A stretch of DNA of 64,000 nt. Source: Burkholderiales bacterium (GTDB lineage Bacteria; Pseudomonadota; Gammaproteobacteria; Burkholderiales; SHXO01). Shown piece by piece: positions 17,985 to 28,529 of this stretch; the first letter of the stretch is position 1, and each line of letters starts with the position of its first letter. Location: contig DATJZQ010000158.1 of NCBI GenBank assembly GCA_035499005.1, positions 3,364 to 67,363 of the forward strand, read 5' to 3'. The translations under genes were made by a program, and so were the position numbers. The notes under the pieces were generated by a model that was given only the letters and a program-made list of their open reading frames with translations, had not been told where the DNA came from and ran no database searches.

Positions 17985-19403
17985 ATGACGTCCGTTCCAT
18001 CTGCGTTCTTGCACCCTGCGAGCGTCGCTTTGGTCGGTGCGGGCGATCGGCTCACGAGCTCCGGAGGAGCCGTGCTGCGCAACCTGGAGCGTTCCGGGTT
18101 TCGAGGCCGCGTCGTCCCCGTGAACCCGAAGGGTGGTCAGCTGTTCGGGCTGCCAGTGGCGCGCTCGCTTGCCGCCGTGTCGCCGCCCTGTGAGCTCACG
18201 GTGATCGTGGTTCGACCGGACGCGATCATGGACGTTGCCCGCGAAGCGGCCGCGAGCGGACACCGCAATCTGCTGATCCTGCCCGGTGGATTCGCCGAAG
18301 GCGGTCAAGAGGCCAAGGCGCGCGACCGTGAGCTGCGCGCGTTGTCTGTGGAGCACGAGCTCATAGTTGGCGGGCCGAACTGCGCCGGGACCATCAACCT
18401 GCTCGATGCGTCAGCGCCGTTCGCCGCCACCTTTCTGCGCGATCTGCCGCGCGGAGGCGGTGTGGCGCTGGTGTCGCAGTCGGGCGCTATCGCGGAGGAG
18501 GTGATCGCCTCCAGCCACCGCCTCGGTATCCCGCTCGGCGCGGTGATTTCGGTGGGCAATGCCATGCACCTCGGGTTGACCGAATACCTCGACGAGCTCG
18601 GTGCGGATTCTGCCTGCAGAGCTATCCTGCTGTACGCGGAATCGTTCGGCGATGTACCGCAGTTTCGCGATATCGCGCGGCGCGTCAGCATGCGCAAACC
18701 GGTCGTCGCGCTGGTAGGCGGGCGCACCGCGCCCGGTCGCCGCGCCGCGTTTCGGCACACCGGCTCCCAGGCGCCCGCCAGCGACGAAGCCGACGCTTTC
18801 TGCGCGGAATGCGGCATGGTGAGGGCAACCAATCTGCGTCGGCTCATGCTCGCTGGAAAAGCATTCGGCGTCCATCCGGGCGGCATCGGGCGGCGCGTAT
18901 TGGTGCTATCCAACTCGGGGGGCCCGGGCGTGCTGTGCACCGATCAGACGGCGCTCGAAGGCCTGGAGCTCCCGGATCTGCCTGCGGCGCTCGCTACCCG
19001 ACTGCGCGGCTCACTTCCGCCGGAAGCGGCCGTGGCCAATCCGCTCGATCTGCTCGCGGACGCGCGCGACGACCGGTTCGCAGACACACTGACGGCCGTG
19101 CTGGAGCACGGTGCAAGCTTCGATGCCATATTGATGATCCACGTCGTTCCCTTCATGGTCGATGGCGGTGCGGTCGTCAGCCGGCTCGCCGCGCTATGCC
19201 GCGGCGCCGCCCTTCCGGTCCTGCACACGATGATGGGCACGCTGGAGCACAGGGCGGAATGGATGGCGGCGATGGAGGCGGCCGGTGTGCCGATGTTCGA
19301 CAGCGCGGAGGACATGGCCGAGGCAGCGGGGCTCCTCGCGCGCTACCGCGCCTTGCGAGACGACCTGAAGGCAGACGTGTCGCGGTCGGGTGAAGCACAG
19401 TGA
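17985..19403 (+). CDS. CoA-binding, ADP-forming acyl-CoA synthetase alpha-like protein (no ATP-grasp domain)
   Basis: ORF 17946..19403. Start placed at second Met (MTSVPSAFLHPASVALVGAG...). CoA-binding Rossmann block VPVNPKG, succinyl-CoA-ligase-like GPNCAGTINL and SQSGA blocks, then a third flavodoxin-like domain (VLSNSGGPGVL). No ATP-grasp signature seen. Confidence 0.75.
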   Translation: MTSVPSAFLHPASVALVGAGDRLTSSGGAVLRNLERSGFRGRVVPVNPKGGQLFGLPVARSLAAVSPPCELTVIVVRPDAIMDVAREAAASGHRNLLILPGGFAEGGQEAKARDRELRALSVEHELIVGGPNCAGTINLLDASAPFAATFLRDLPRGGGVALVSQSGAIAEEVIASSHRLGIPLGAVISVGNAMHLGLTEYLDELGADSACRAILLYAESFGDVPQFRDIARRVSMRKPVVALVGGRTAPGRRAAFRHTGSQAPASDEADAFCAECGMVRATNLRRLMLAGKAFGVHPGGIGRRVLVLSNSGGPGVLCTDQTALEGLELPDLPAALATRLRGSLPPEAAVANPLDLLADARDDRFADTLTAVLEHGASFDAILMIHVVPFMVDGGAVVSRLAALCRGAALPVLHTMMGTLEHRAEWMAAMEAAGVPMFDSAEDMAEAAGLLARYRALRDDLKADVSRSGEAQ

Positions 19404-19429
19404 GATCGAGCGCAGCGGAGGAGATGAAG

Positions 19430-20074
19430 ATGAGACTGTTCGGTTATTGGCGCAGCTCTGCGGCTTACCGGGTGCGCATCGCGCTCGCGCTCAAAGGGCT
19501 CACGTACGAGCACGTGGGCGTCCATCTGGCACGAGGCGAACAGCACCTGCCCGATTTTGCAGCCGTCAATCCGCAGCAGCTGGTACCTGCGTTGCAGGAC
19601 GGTGAGCATCTGCTGTTTCAGTCCCTCGCCATCATCGAGTACCTGGAGGAAACACACCCGCAGCCGCGGCTGTTGCCGACCGATGCGGCCGAGCGCGCCC
19701 GGGTGCGCTCGCTCGCGCAGATCGTGGCCTGCGAGATTCATCCTCTGAACAATCTCAGAGTCCTCAGCTACCTCACCGGCCAGCTCGCCGTTTCCGAGGA
19801 GCAGAAATTGACCTGGTACCGGCATTGGGTGACGACCGGGTTCGCCGCGTTCGAGGAGCGCCTGGGGCGCGAACCGTGGACCGGCCGCTTCTGCCACCGC
19901 GACGCGCCGGGGTTGGCCGACATTGCGCTGGCGCCGCAGATTGCTAATGCCCGGCGCTTCAAGGTTGATTTGACGCCCTTCCCGGTCATTCGCCGCATCA
20001 CCGACGAGTGCATGAAACTCGAGGCGTTTCAGAAGGCGGCGCCAGAGCACCAGCCGGATGCGGACAGGAGCTAG
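19430..20074 (+). CDS. maiA: Maleylpyruvate/maleylacetoacetate isomerase (GST zeta class)
   Basis: ORF 19400..20074 trimmed to ATG 19430, 6 nt after GGAGGAG. MRLFGYWRSSAAYRVRIALALKGL...VNPQQLVPAL...QSLAIIEYLEETHP are zeta-GST hallmarks. Confidence 0.88.
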   Translation: MRLFGYWRSSAAYRVRIALALKGLTYEHVGVHLARGEQHLPDFAAVNPQQLVPALQDGEHLLFQSLAIIEYLEETHPQPRLLPTDAAERARVRSLAQIVACEIHPLNNLRVLSYLTGQLAVSEEQKLTWYRHWVTTGFAAFEERLGREPWTGRFCHRDAPGLADIALAPQIANARRFKVDLTPFPVIRRITDECMKLEAFQKAAPEHQPDADRS

Positions 20075-20270
20075 CCGTGACCGTCCGGTGGCACCAGCGC
20101 GCCCCTTGGCAATTCCGATCGCGGTACAGGGACCGCGCTTTCTTTGTGGGTGCGGGCTAGCATAGAATCCAATTCGGTCCGAGGCACTGCTGCTGGCGAA
20201 ATAGCGGCGGCAGTACCCGCCTCGTCGGTTGCAACGCAAAACTGTGAAATCCTTTCCCGAAGGAATGTGT

Positions 20271-20585
20271 ATGTCGATTCGGAAACTTGTCCTCAGCGGG
20301 CCGGCCGTGCTGATCGCGCTGGCTGCTGGCCTGTGTGCAGCGAGCGCCCGCGCAGACGGTGATCCGGCCCCAACCTACCAGCGCGAGCGAGCGGCGCTGA
20401 GGTTCAAGGGCTGCCACTGGACCGACGAGATGGGGAAATACGTCTACGAGTGCATCAAGAAGAACGACGGAATGAATGCGCACTGGTGCTACGATGAAAG
20501 CCTCGAAGTGTTTTGCCCGGCGCAGGTCGAGGCCGCCAAGAAGCCGGAAAGCGGCAGCGAACCGGGGGCAAAACCGGAAAATTGA
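20271..20585 (+). CDS. Hypothetical small secreted protein, four Cys
   Basis: ORF 20229..20585 trimmed to ATG 20271 (AGGAA RBS at 20261). Signal peptide MSIRKLVLSGPAVLIALAAGLCAASARA. No family recognised. Confidence 0.5.
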   Translation: MSIRKLVLSGPAVLIALAAGLCAASARADGDPAPTYQRERAALRFKGCHWTDEMGKYVYECIKKNDGMNAHWCYDESLEVFCPAQVEAAKKPESGSEPGAKPEN

Positions 20586-20810
20586 GCTTGCGCTGCGGCT
20601 GCGTGTTTCCGGACGCGAGGACACCAACAGCGCAGCGGCCTGGCGTATACTCACGAGTAGCTTTAGTCGATGTCGCGTTCCGGTTGGGGAGGCCGCCGCA
20701 GTGGGGCGGAGCGCAGCCGGCGACGTCGTCGCTACCCTAACAGCCTGCAGCGAACATGCGGCATAGAGCCTTGCTGATCGACGCACGCGGCGCACAGGGG
20801 AGGAGACCGC

Positions 20811-21320
20811 GTGTCCCAGCCACCTGAGCAGCCGATGAGCACGCGCGACATCCCCGTGCGCCTCGCGCGGGCGGATGACGCTCAGGAGATCGCACTGATG
20901 GCGCGCGATCTCATCGAGACCGGGCTGGGCTGGTCCTGGACCCGTGCGCGAGTAAGCAAGAGCATCGCCAATCGCGACACCCTGTCGATCGTGATGTGCC
21001 GCGGCACGCGGCTGGTGGGCTTTGCCGTCATGTTCTTCGGCGACGAGCACGCGCACCTCAACCTGCTCGCGGTGCGCCCCGAATTCCAGCGCCTCGGCCT
21101 GGGCACGCGCATGATCCGATGGCTGGAGGAGTCGGCGCACGCCGCCGGCATCCGCGCGATTCATCTGGAAGTGAGGGCGCGCAACCAGCAGGCGCGGCGC
21201 TTCTATCGCCGCCTTGGGTTCCTGGAGATGGCGCTGTTGCCCAAGTACTACCGCGGTGTCGAAGCCGCCGTGTGGATGGCGCGCGACCTGCAAACCACCT
21301 CGCGCAAGCGCGTGGCCTAG
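20811..21320 (+). CDS. GNAT-family N-acetyltransferase (RimI-like)
   Basis: ORF 169 aa, GTG start 5 nt after GGAGGAG. Acetyl-CoA motif LAVRPEFQRLGLGTRMI and ARRFYRRLGF. Confidence 0.85.
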   Translation: MSQPPEQPMSTRDIPVRLARADDAQEIALMARDLIETGLGWSWTRARVSKSIANRDTLSIVMCRGTRLVGFAVMFFGDEHAHLNLLAVRPEFQRLGLGTRMIRWLEESAHAAGIRAIHLEVRARNQQARRFYRRLGFLEMALLPKYYRGVEAAVWMARDLQTTSRKRVA

Positions 21321-21395
21321 CCGGCCAAACGCTGCCCCCGCCGTTTCGATCTTCCCTCGTTTAAGGGCTGTCCTGCGCTCGCGCGTAGTGCCGCA

Positions 21396-22046
21396 TCACC
21401 GCGCGACGCGATTGCGATCGAACCACGCGGCCCACCATACCGCCAGCCATCCCGAGAGCGCGGTTATCGCCAGCACGGCCGTATTCGACGGGGGAGCGCC
21501 ACGCACGGCGCCCACGTACAGGAACGCCAGGAGCGCCAGAAAGCACCAAAAGCCCCAGCTGCCCGCTCGCGTCGCCGGTTTCGTCACGCTAACGTACAGT
21601 GCCACGCCCGTTACGAGCATCGCGATCTCCAGCGCGACCGTCGCGGCCACGTGATTCCATAGATCGAGGCCAAACTTGACGCCGACGCCGGGCGCAAGCG
21701 GCATGTCAGCGCGGTGGCTCACGAAATCCAGCAGCCAGTGGCTGGCGACCCCCAGCGCGATGGCTACAGTGCCTGCCCGGTAGCGCGACCTCCAATAGTA
21801 GAGGGCCGCGAGCAGCACTGCCCATGCAAGCGTCATCAGCAGGCTGTGCGACCAGGGGTAGGAGACAAACTCGAGCGGTGTAAATGCCGTGTCGCCGGGC
21901 GCGATGCGCACGACTTCCACGCCCGCCAGCACAAACAACGGCCAGATCAGGTCGGGGAACATCGGCGCGGCAAGCAGCCACCCAAGCGACGCGCGCGGCG
22001 CGAAACGCTTGGCGGCAAAGCCGACGGCAAAGTGGCCGACGAACAT
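21396..22046 (-). CDS. Polytopic membrane protein, putative metal-dependent hydrolase (YdjM/DUF457-like)
   Basis: ORF 21396..22541 trimmed to Met166 (complement of 22044-22046, MFVGHFAVGF...). The upstream part overlaps the DUF482 gene in another frame and is Arg/Pro-rich. Several TM helices, SHWLLDFVSH motif. Confidence 0.6.
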   Translation of the reverse strand: MFVGHFAVGFAAKRFAPRASLGWLLAAPMFPDLIWPLFVLAGVEVVRIAPGDTAFTPLEFVSYPWSHSLLMTLAWAVLLAALYYWRSRYRAGTVAIALGVASHWLLDFVSHRADMPLAPGVGVKFGLDLWNHVAATVALEIAMLVTGVALYVSVTKPATRAGSWGFWCFLALLAFLYVGAVRGAPPSNTAVLAITALSGWLAVWWAAWFDRNRVAR

Positions 22047-22051
22047 GAGCG

Positions 22052-23266
22052 CTAACCCGGGCGTTGCGGCACGGCCTTGAACGGAGTGTGCTCGGTTAGT
22101 TCGTCCAGGTAGAGGCCGACGCCGCGCGTCTCGCGCCCGAGAAACTCCTCCACCGCGCGCGAGAACTGCGGGTGCGCGAGCCAATGCCCTGAGTGCGTTG
22201 CCACCGGCAGGAAGCCGCGCGCAAGCTTGTGCTCGCCTTGCGCGCCACCCTCGAACACGCGGATGGCGCGGGCGATGCAAAACTCGATCGACTGGTAGTA
22301 GCAGGTCTCGAAGTGCAGGCCGGGCACGTACTGCGCTGCGCCCCAGTATCTTCCCCACAGCGTATGACCGTTGTGTACGTTGAGCGCAGCGGCGACCGGC
22401 TGGTTGTGGCTCGAGCCGAGGATGAGGAGCACGTTGTCCGGCAGCGCTTCGGCCAGGCGGCGGAAGAACGCGCGGTTGAGATAGGGTGTGGAATGATGCT
22501 GCCGATAGGTGCTCTTGTAGCACTGGGTAAAGAAATCCCAATGCGCTGGTGTTGCGTCCCGTCCGCTCAGGTGAACGAACTGAATGCCCGCCTCTCGCAC
22601 CCGGCGTCGCTCCTGTTTGATCTTCTTGCGCTTGTCATGGCTCATCGTGGACAGAAAGTCGTCGAAATCCCGGTAACCGGGGTTGAGCCAGTGGAACTGG
22701 ACACCCGTGCGCAGCATGAGGCCGGCCGCCTTCAACTCCTCTGCCTGCTGTGCCGGCGGGAACAGCAGGTGCAGTGAAGACGCGCGCAGCTCCTGCGCGA
22801 GACTCAGCGCCGCCTGTAGCAGCCGCTGGCGCAGCTCTCTTGTCGGCGCCAGCAGACGTGGCCCGGTTGCGGGTGTGAAGGGCACGGCGCACAACAGCTT
22901 GGGGTAATAGTCCAGGCCGTGCCGCTGATAGGCCTCGGCCCAGGCCCAGTCGAAGACATACTCTCCGTAGGAATGGGACTTCACGTAGAGCGGCATGGCG
23001 CCCGCGAGGTGCCCGTCGTCCCACAGGGTGATGAAGCGTGGTGACCAGCCGCGCTGGTCGCATGCACAGCCGGTTTCGTGCAAGGCATGCAGGAACGCGT
23101 GGCACAAGAACGGATTGTCGCCGGCCAGAGCGTCCCACCGCAGCGGATCGATGTCACCGAGCGAATCAAGGACGCGGACCCGCAGTCGATCAGCCACGGC
23201 GACCGGTTTCCTCACCGGGTTGGCAAGCGCCGCGATCCCGAGGGCGCACCGCGATGGTGCCGGCAT
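22052..23266 (-). CDS. FemAB-like GNAT-fold protein (DUF482 / PF04339-type)
   Basis: ORF 404 aa. Blocks NPFLCHAFLHALHETGC, YVFDWAWAEAY, YYPKLLCAVPFTP, FEGGAQGEHKLARGF recalled for this family. Possible later GTG start near 23197. Confidence 0.75.
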   Translation of the reverse strand: MPAPSRCALGIAALANPVRKPVAVADRLRVRVLDSLGDIDPLRWDALAGDNPFLCHAFLHALHETGCACDQRGWSPRFITLWDDGHLAGAMPLYVKSHSYGEYVFDWAWAEAYQRHGLDYYPKLLCAVPFTPATGPRLLAPTRELRQRLLQAALSLAQELRASSLHLLFPPAQQAEELKAAGLMLRTGVQFHWLNPGYRDFDDFLSTMSHDKRKKIKQERRRVREAGIQFVHLSGRDATPAHWDFFTQCYKSTYRQHHSTPYLNRAFFRRLAEALPDNVLLILGSSHNQPVAAALNVHNGHTLWGRYWGAAQYVPGLHFETCYYQSIEFCIARAIRVFEGGAQGEHKLARGFLPVATHSGHWLAHPQFSRAVEEFLGRETRGVGLYLDELTEHTPFKAVPQRPG

Positions 23267-23268
23267 AG

Positions 23269-23679
<411 letters not shown>

Positions 23680-23732
23680 AGGCTTGATCAGAGTTTCCCT
23701 AACGCGCGGTTGCGGCGCCCTCGCGTCTCGCA

Positions 23733-24344
23733 TCAGGCGAGGGTGTCGTCCCCATCGCTGTCCGCTGCACCCGCGTCGGTCTTGGCGCGGGTTGCCTGCA
23801 GCAACACCACCGCGGCCCCGGCACCGCCTTCGGCCGCCGATGCCTGACAGAACGCCAGCACTTCTCTGCGCTGGGCGAGCCAGCCGGCGACTTTGCGCTT
23901 GAGCACGGGTTCGCGCTTCCCCGCGCCAAGGCCTCTCCCGTGCACCACCAGCACGCAACGCAGCCCTCGTCTGCCGGCCTGGCCCAGGAATTGGACCAGC
24001 AGCCCGCGCGCCTCGTCCACGCGCGCTCCGTGCAGGTCCAGCTGATCCTGCCTGGCCCAGTAGCCGCTGCGCAGCTTGCGCAGCACCTGCCGGGACACGC
24101 CCGGCCGGGCAAACGACAGGGCGTCGCCCGATTCCAGCTCGAGGTCTGCTTCGCCGGGCTCGCTGACGCTGTCCTGGAGGACGCGGCGGTCGTCTTCCAG
24201 ACGCTGAAGAGGAAGCGGAGCGCGCGCCTTCGGCGAGTGCACGACGCGCCCCCGGTCGGGGAGCGGTTGCACATCTTGCACAGCGTCGAGGAACTCGCGG
24301 GCCGGGTCGGGCGCAGTCTCATATCTGCCGCGGCGCCTCGTCAT
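23733..24344 (-). CDS. Smr-domain protein (SmrA/MutS2-related endonuclease domain)
   Basis: ORF 23733..24653 trimmed to Met104 (complement of 24342-24344). The extension overlaps trxB. C-terminal LDLHGARVDEARGLL...VVHGRGLG Smr motif. Confidence 0.8.
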   Translation of the reverse strand: MTRRRGRYETAPDPAREFLDAVQDVQPLPDRGRVVHSPKARAPLPLQRLEDDRRVLQDSVSEPGEADLELESGDALSFARPGVSRQVLRKLRSGYWARQDQLDLHGARVDEARGLLVQFLGQAGRRGLRCVLVVHGRGLGAGKREPVLKRKVAGWLAQRREVLAFCQASAAEGGAGAAVVLLQATRAKTDAGAADSDGDDTLA

Positions 24345-24357
24345 CTCGGCTCCATGA

Positions 24358-25425
<1,068 letters not shown>

Positions 25426-25473
25426 TCACCGATCGTCTGCTTGCGCGTCCGAGGTTGTCCCCGATCCGGGTCG

Positions 25474-25479
25474 TATAAT
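25474..25479 (+). promoter_or_regulatory. Perfect TATAAT hexamer 32 nt upstream of the preferred ftsK start (candidate -10 box)
   Basis: Exact hexamer in the trxB/ftsK divergent spacer. It overlaps the earlier in-frame ATG at 25478, which argues for the ATG at 25511 as start. Confidence 0.3.
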
Positions 25480-25510
25480 GCGGCATGCTCCCGATGCATT
25501 TTTCCCGACA

Positions 25511-27808
25511 ATGTTCCTCCGATCCCGCGCTGACGCGGTGAAGCGCAAGCCGTGGCCTCCGCGGCTGGCGGCCCTGGCGCGGGAGGCGTGGTGGCTGGTG
25601 CTGCTGCTCGGCGCGCTTTATCTCGCCCTTGTCCTCGTTACCTATGACAAATCCGACCCGGGCTGGTCGCTCAGCACGGGCGGCGAGCACGTTCACAACG
25701 CGGGGGGACGGTTTGGCGCCTGGCTGGCCGATGTGCTTCTGTCGTTGTTCGGGTTGTCGGCCTACTGGTGCATCGTGCTTCTGCTGTTCGCAATCCTGTG
25801 GGGTTATCGGCGATTGGATGCTCGCGCGCCGGGCGATCGCCGCTCTCTTCTGATTGCGGGCCTGGGCTTCTTGTCGCTGCTGCTCGCGAGCGCCAGCCTG
25901 GAGGCGATGCGACTGCATGCCTTGCACGCGCAACTGCCGCTCACGCCGGGCGGCGTGCTCGGCACGAGCGTAGCCCACTTGTTCTCGCGTTGGTTCGGTC
26001 ACACCGGCGGCGCTCTGACATTGCTGTTCATCGGCGGCATCGGGTTGTCGCTGTTCAGCGGTTTGTCCTGGCTCGACGTGTCGGAGAAGCTGGGCGAGTG
26101 GATCGAGCGCGTCTGGTCGGCTGCGCTCGTGCGCTGGGACGCGGCGCGCGACCGCAAACTGGGCGAGCGGGCAGCTTACCGCCGCGAAGAGATGGTGGAG
26201 GAGGACAAACGCAAGCTCGACGAGCACGAGCCCATCCGTATCGAGCAGGTTCAGCTGGAGATCCCCAGATCGGCGCGCGTCGCGCGCGAGAAACAGAAGC
26301 CCCTGTTCGAAGACTTGCCCGATTCCCCGCTGCCGCCGCTGCACCTGCTGGAAGAATCCAGAGGGGATGTCCAGATCCTTTCCGCGGACACGTTGGAGTA
26401 CACCTCCCGGCTGATCGAAAAGAAGCTGCTCGACTTTGGCATCGAGGTGAGGGTGGTCGCGGCTCAGCCCGGGCCGGTCATCACGCGCTACGAGATCGAG
26501 CCGGCGGTGGGCGTGAAAGGCAGCCAGATCGTCAACCTGGTGAAGGATCTCGCCCGCGCGCTGTCGGTTGTGAGCATCCGCGTGGTCGAGACCATCCCGA
26601 ACAAGTCGTACATGGGCCTCGAGATACCCAATCCCAAGCGTCAGGTCGTGCGGCTGTCGGAGATTCTGAGCTCGCAGGTATACGCCGATCTCGCATCGCC
26701 GCTCACCCTCGCGCTGGGTAAGGACATCGCCGGCAAGCCTGTCGTCGCCGATCTTGCGCGCATGCCGCACCTGCTGGTGGCAGGGACGACGGGCTCGGGC
26801 AAGTCGGTGGCCATCAACGCCATGATCCTGAGCCTGCTGTTCAAGGCCACGCCGAACGAAGTGCGCCTGATCCTGGTCGATCCCAAGATGCTGGAGCTGT
26901 CGGCCTATGAGGGCATTCCGCACCTGCTTGCCCCCGTCGTGACCGACATGAAGCAGGCGGCGCAGGCGCTGGGCTGGTGCGTCGGCGAGATGGAGCGCCG
27001 CTACCGCCTCATGTCGGCCGTGGGCGTTCGACACCTGGCGGGCTTCAACCAGAAGGTCAAGGACGCGGAGAAGGCCGGTCAGGTGCTGGTCGATCCGCTT
27101 GCTGTGCCGGCTCCCGGCGACGGGCAGATGGCGCCAGCGCCCCTGAAGGAGCTGCCCCTGGTGGTGGTGGTGATCGACGAGCTCGCCGATCTGATGATGG
27201 TGGTGGGCAAGAAAGTCGAGGAGTTGATCGCCCGTCTGGCGCAGAAGGCGCGAGCCGCCGGCATCCATCTGCTTCTGGCCACGCAGCGCCCGTCGGTGGA
27301 CGTCATCACCGGCCTGATCAAAGCCAACATACCGACACGCATCGCATTCCAGGTGTCGAGCAAGGTGGACTCGCGCACCATCCTGGACCAGATGGGAGCA
27401 GAGTCACTGCTCGGCCAGGGTGACATGCTGTACCTTCCACCAGGAACCGGCCACCCGCAGCGCGTGCATGGCGCGTTCGTCGGCGACGAGGAGGTGCACA
27501 ATGTCGTGCAGTATCTCAAGTTGCGCGCGCAGCCTCAGTACATCGAAGGCATTCTGGACAATCCCGACGAGCTCGAAGGTGAGCTCGAGGGGCTGGACCA
27601 GGCGGACGCAGAATCCGACCCGCTCTACGACCAGGCCGTCGAAATCGTGTTGAGATCACGGCGCGCCTCCATCTCGCTGGTGCAACGTCATCTTCGCATC
27701 GGTTACAACCGTGCCGCCCGGCTGATCGAGCAGATGGAGCGCGCCGGCCTGGTATCGGCCATGGCGACCAACGGCAACCGGGAGGTCCTGGTGCAGGGCA
27801 AGGAATGA
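25511..27808 (+). CDS. ftsK: DNA translocase FtsK
   Basis: ORF 25298..27808 trimmed to [15 protein letters not shown]... Four N-terminal TM helices, Walker [36 protein letters not shown]-terminal gamma winged helix ([25 protein letters not shown]). Confidence 0.93.
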   Translation: MFLRSRADAVKRKPWPPRLAALAREAWWLVLLLGALYLALVLVTYDKSDPGWSLSTGGEHVHNAGGRFGAWLADVLLSLFGLSAYWCIVLLLFAILWGYRRLDARAPGDRRSLLIAGLGFLSLLLASASLEAMRLHALHAQLPLTPGGVLGTSVAHLFSRWFGHTGGALTLLFIGGIGLSLFSGLSWLDVSEKLGEWIERVWSAALVRWDAARDRKLGERAAYRREEMVEEDKRKLDEHEPIRIEQVQLEIPRSARVAREKQKPLFEDLPDSPLPPLHLLEESRGDVQILSADTLEYTSRLIEKKLLDFGIEVRVVAAQPGPVITRYEIEPAVGVKGSQIVNLVKDLARALSVVSIRVVETIPNKSYMGLEIPNPKRQVVRLSEILSSQVYADLASPLTLALGKDIAGKPVVADLARMPHLLVAGTTGSGKSVAINAMILSLLFKATPNEVRLILVDPKMLELSAYEGIPHLLAPVVTDMKQAAQALGWCVGEMERRYRLMSAVGVRHLAGFNQKVKDAEKAGQVLVDPLAVPAPGDGQMAPAPLKELPLVVVVIDELADLMMVVGKKVEELIARLAQKARAAGIHLLLATQRPSVDVITGLIKANIPTRIAFQVSSKVDSRTILDQMGAESLLGQGDMLYLPPGTGHPQRVHGAFVGDEEVHNVVQYLKLRAQPQYIEGILDNPDELEGELEGLDQADAESDPLYDQAVEIVLRSRRASISLVQRHLRIGYNRAARLIEQMERAGLVSAMATNGNREVLVQGKE

Positions 27809-28497
27809 GAGTGAAGCGCGAGAGCGAAGGGCAAAGGCAGGAAGTGAGGAGGGACGCAGCGGCGATCGTTATCCGTCGTTCGGTTGCGTCGCTTGCGACG
27901 GTCGCCACGCTTCTCCTCGCCGCTGGCGCCTCCGCCGCCGGCAGCATCGAGAAACTCAAAGCGTTCACGCAGCAGACGCAGTCGGCGAGGGCGAGCTTCA
28001 CTCAGATCGTGCGCGACAAGGACGGCGCCACAGCACAGACCGCCAGCGGCAGGCTCGTTTTCGCGCGGCCGGGAAAGTTCCGCTGGGAGTACGACAAACC
28101 CTATCAGCAGACCATCGTGGGCGACGGCGAGAAGCTGTGGGTCTACGACAAGGACCTCAACCAGGTCACAGTCAAGAATCTGAGCGGTGCGCTGGGCAGC
28201 AGCCCGGCTGCGTTGCTCGCAGGGAGCAACGACATCGAGCAGTACTACAACCTGGACGCCAAAGGCGCCCGTGGAGGCCTCGACTGGCTGGAAGCGTATC
28301 CGCGCGATGCCGACAACATGTTCAGCAAAGTGCGCATGGGTTTCAAGGGCAACACGCTCGACACGATGGAGCTGTACGACCACATGGGCCAGACCACCGT
28401 GATCCGCTTTGCCAAGCTCGAGCGCAATCCAAAGCTTGCCGCAAGCCTGTTCACCTTCACCCCGCCAGCTGGGGCGGATGTGATCGAGGACCAGTGA
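27805..28497 (+). CDS. lolA: Outer-membrane lipoprotein carrier protein LolA
   Basis: ORF 230 aa. ATGA overlap with ftsK stop. [17 protein letters not shown]...[14 protein letters not shown]...[15 protein letters not shown] family blocks. Confidence 0.9.
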   Translation: MRVKRESEGQRQEVRRDAAAIVIRRSVASLATVATLLLAAGASAAGSIEKLKAFTQQTQSARASFTQIVRDKDGATAQTASGRLVFARPGKFRWEYDKPYQQTIVGDGEKLWVYDKDLNQVTVKNLSGALGSSPAALLAGSNDIEQYYNLDAKGARGGLDWLEAYPRDADNMFSKVRMGFKGNTLDTMELYDHMGQTTVIRFAKLERNPKLAASLFTFTPPAGADVIEDQ

Positions 28498-28529
28498 CAG
28501 CGCTGCTGCTCCCAATCGCCCGCTCTTGA

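Noticed and set aside
14959-18356. Series of long minus-strand ORFs (14959..16149, 15906..17141, 16189..17361, 17175..18356)
   Set aside because: They are shadow frames opposite the PdxA-family, DUF1537, SRPBCC and CoA-binding genes. Their composition is dominated by Arg/Ala/Pro/Gly, while all plus-strand products have family motifs.
20586-20810. 225-bp spacer with short hairpins (CGCTGCG...CGCAGCG; CCGCC-N7-GGCGG) considered as a possible small RNA
   Set aside because: It has no promoter/terminator pair or conserved structure that I can support by eye. It is probably just the GNAT gene upstream region.
22047-22541. 165-codon N-terminal extension of the membrane hydrolase ORF
   Set aside because: It overlaps the 3' third of the DUF482 gene in another frame. 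The hydrophobic protein clearly begins at MFVGHF (22046), 5 nt after the DUF482 stop.
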